Assembly: GCA_028534125.1 (NCBI GenBank)
Contig: CM052816.1
Location: 100,812,001 to 100,876,000 of the forward strand
Direction of reading: 5' to 3'
Length of the DNA: 64,000 nucleotides
Source of the DNA: Lama glama
Lineage: Eukaryota
Shown: positions 63,140-64,000 of the stretch, piece by piece
Numbering within the stretch: the first letter of the stretch is position 1
How the letters are laid out: every line of letters starts with the position of its first letter
Notes under the pieces: generated by a model
Seen by the model: the letters and a program-made list of their open reading frames with translations, nothing else
Database searches by the model: none
Told to the model about the DNA's origin: nothing
Translations under genes and position numbers: made by a program

Positions 63140-63320
63140 CGTTTTCTCTGATTTTATAACACAGGGCAGTGCGCTGTGTGCGCATCTTTGCCTGAACTCT
63201 CTCACCTGGTGTGATAGTTTCAAGACTCATCCACATAGCCCTGTGTCTCAGTAGTTTGTTTTTTCTCCTTTACATCGCTGAGTAGTATTCCACTGAACTG
63301 ACGTAACGGTTTATCCTTTC
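63140..63320 (-). mobile_element. Old L1 3' fragment
   Basis: agactcatccacat...cagtagtttgtt...gctgagtagtattccact. Confidence 0.75.
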
Positions 63321-63644
63321 ACAGGTTTTTTTTTCAGTTTTCAGTTTTATTCGGTGGAACTGTTATAATTTGACTGCACATGTATAATATATTGCGTGTA
63401 AATACGTATATACGATGTACTGCGCATATTTGCTTCAGTTTACGTGCATGTCGTGGTCATTGTTTCTAGGGACAGTTGAGAGCTTTAGCTTTTTAAACTT
63501 ACATAGTTACCCAAGGAACACAGCCAACCACAAAATAAAGACCAACAGAATGCGGTGATCCGGTCGTAAAGAGCAGTCACGTGTGCTTCACGTGTTCAAG
63601 AAATCAGTCACTTAAGTTACAAATAATAAATAGCTCCTCTGCGT

Positions 63645-63990
63645 CCTTTTCTTTAGATTCCACGTATAGTGATCTCACGCGGCATTTTTCTTCCTCTGTC
63701 TGGCTCACTTCACCTAGAGTGACGATCTCCAGGTCCACCCACATTGCTGCAAATGGCGTTATTTCATTCTTTTTATGGCTGAGTAGTGTTCCGTCGTACA
63801 AATACACCACAGCTTCTGAGTCCAGTCCTCCGCTGATGCTTCCTTTCACGTGTTGGTGCACATTTGGGTTGTTTCCAATTATTCGCTGTCACAGAGGAAG
63901 CCGCCTCCACGTTTGTGGACTTCCTCTCGGGTAAGTGCATGGGAACAGGATGGCCGAATCGGATGTTTAACGTCTTAAAAAAGAACTATG
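63645..63990 (-). mobile_element. L1 3' region fragment
   Basis: ttagattccacgtatagtga...gctgcaaatggcgttatttcattctttttatggctgagtagt. Confidence 0.9.
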
Positions 63991-64000
63991 TGCACAACAA

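Noticed and set aside
63374-63448. Self-complementary tract centred on CGTATATACG as a possible pre-miRNA
   Set aside because: Low-complexity TA/CA/TG alternation between L1 fragments is self-complementary by nature, and the stem is irregular

Overview
This is eutherian mammal non-coding DNA, not microbial. It is GC- and CpG-rich and looks like a gene desert or very large intron, possibly subtelomeric. I found no protein-coding exon, RNA gene or CRISPR array; the ORF track looks like chance open frames in GC-rich sequence. The window is a mosaic of (i) decayed interspersed repeats (MIR, L2, old L1M, MER5/MER20, MLT1/MLT2 LTRs, an ERVL-type gag remnant, a solo ERV LTR, and a younger cetartiodactyl-type L1 3' end), (ii) CpG-island-like blocks, (iii) about a dozen repeat-free AT-rich islands dense in homeodomain, FOX, SOX and TALE motifs that resemble conserved non-coding enhancers, and (iv) four N runs. 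The cetartiodactyl-type L1, with no ruminant, pig, whale, carnivore or primate SINEs seen, suggests a camelid (inference). The most notable items are a full CTCF site with upstream motif (20052-20083), recurrent PBX-HOX composite sites, a GC minisatellite/CpG island inside an L1 remnant, a two-variant 16-bp minisatellite inside an L2, strong AT-to-GC drift of ancient repeats, and N runs that behave like position-preserving masks. I cannot support a claim of a new gene system; the best candidate 'system' is a long-range developmental regulatory landscape. Repeat calls come from remembered consensus sequences and their boundaries are approximate.
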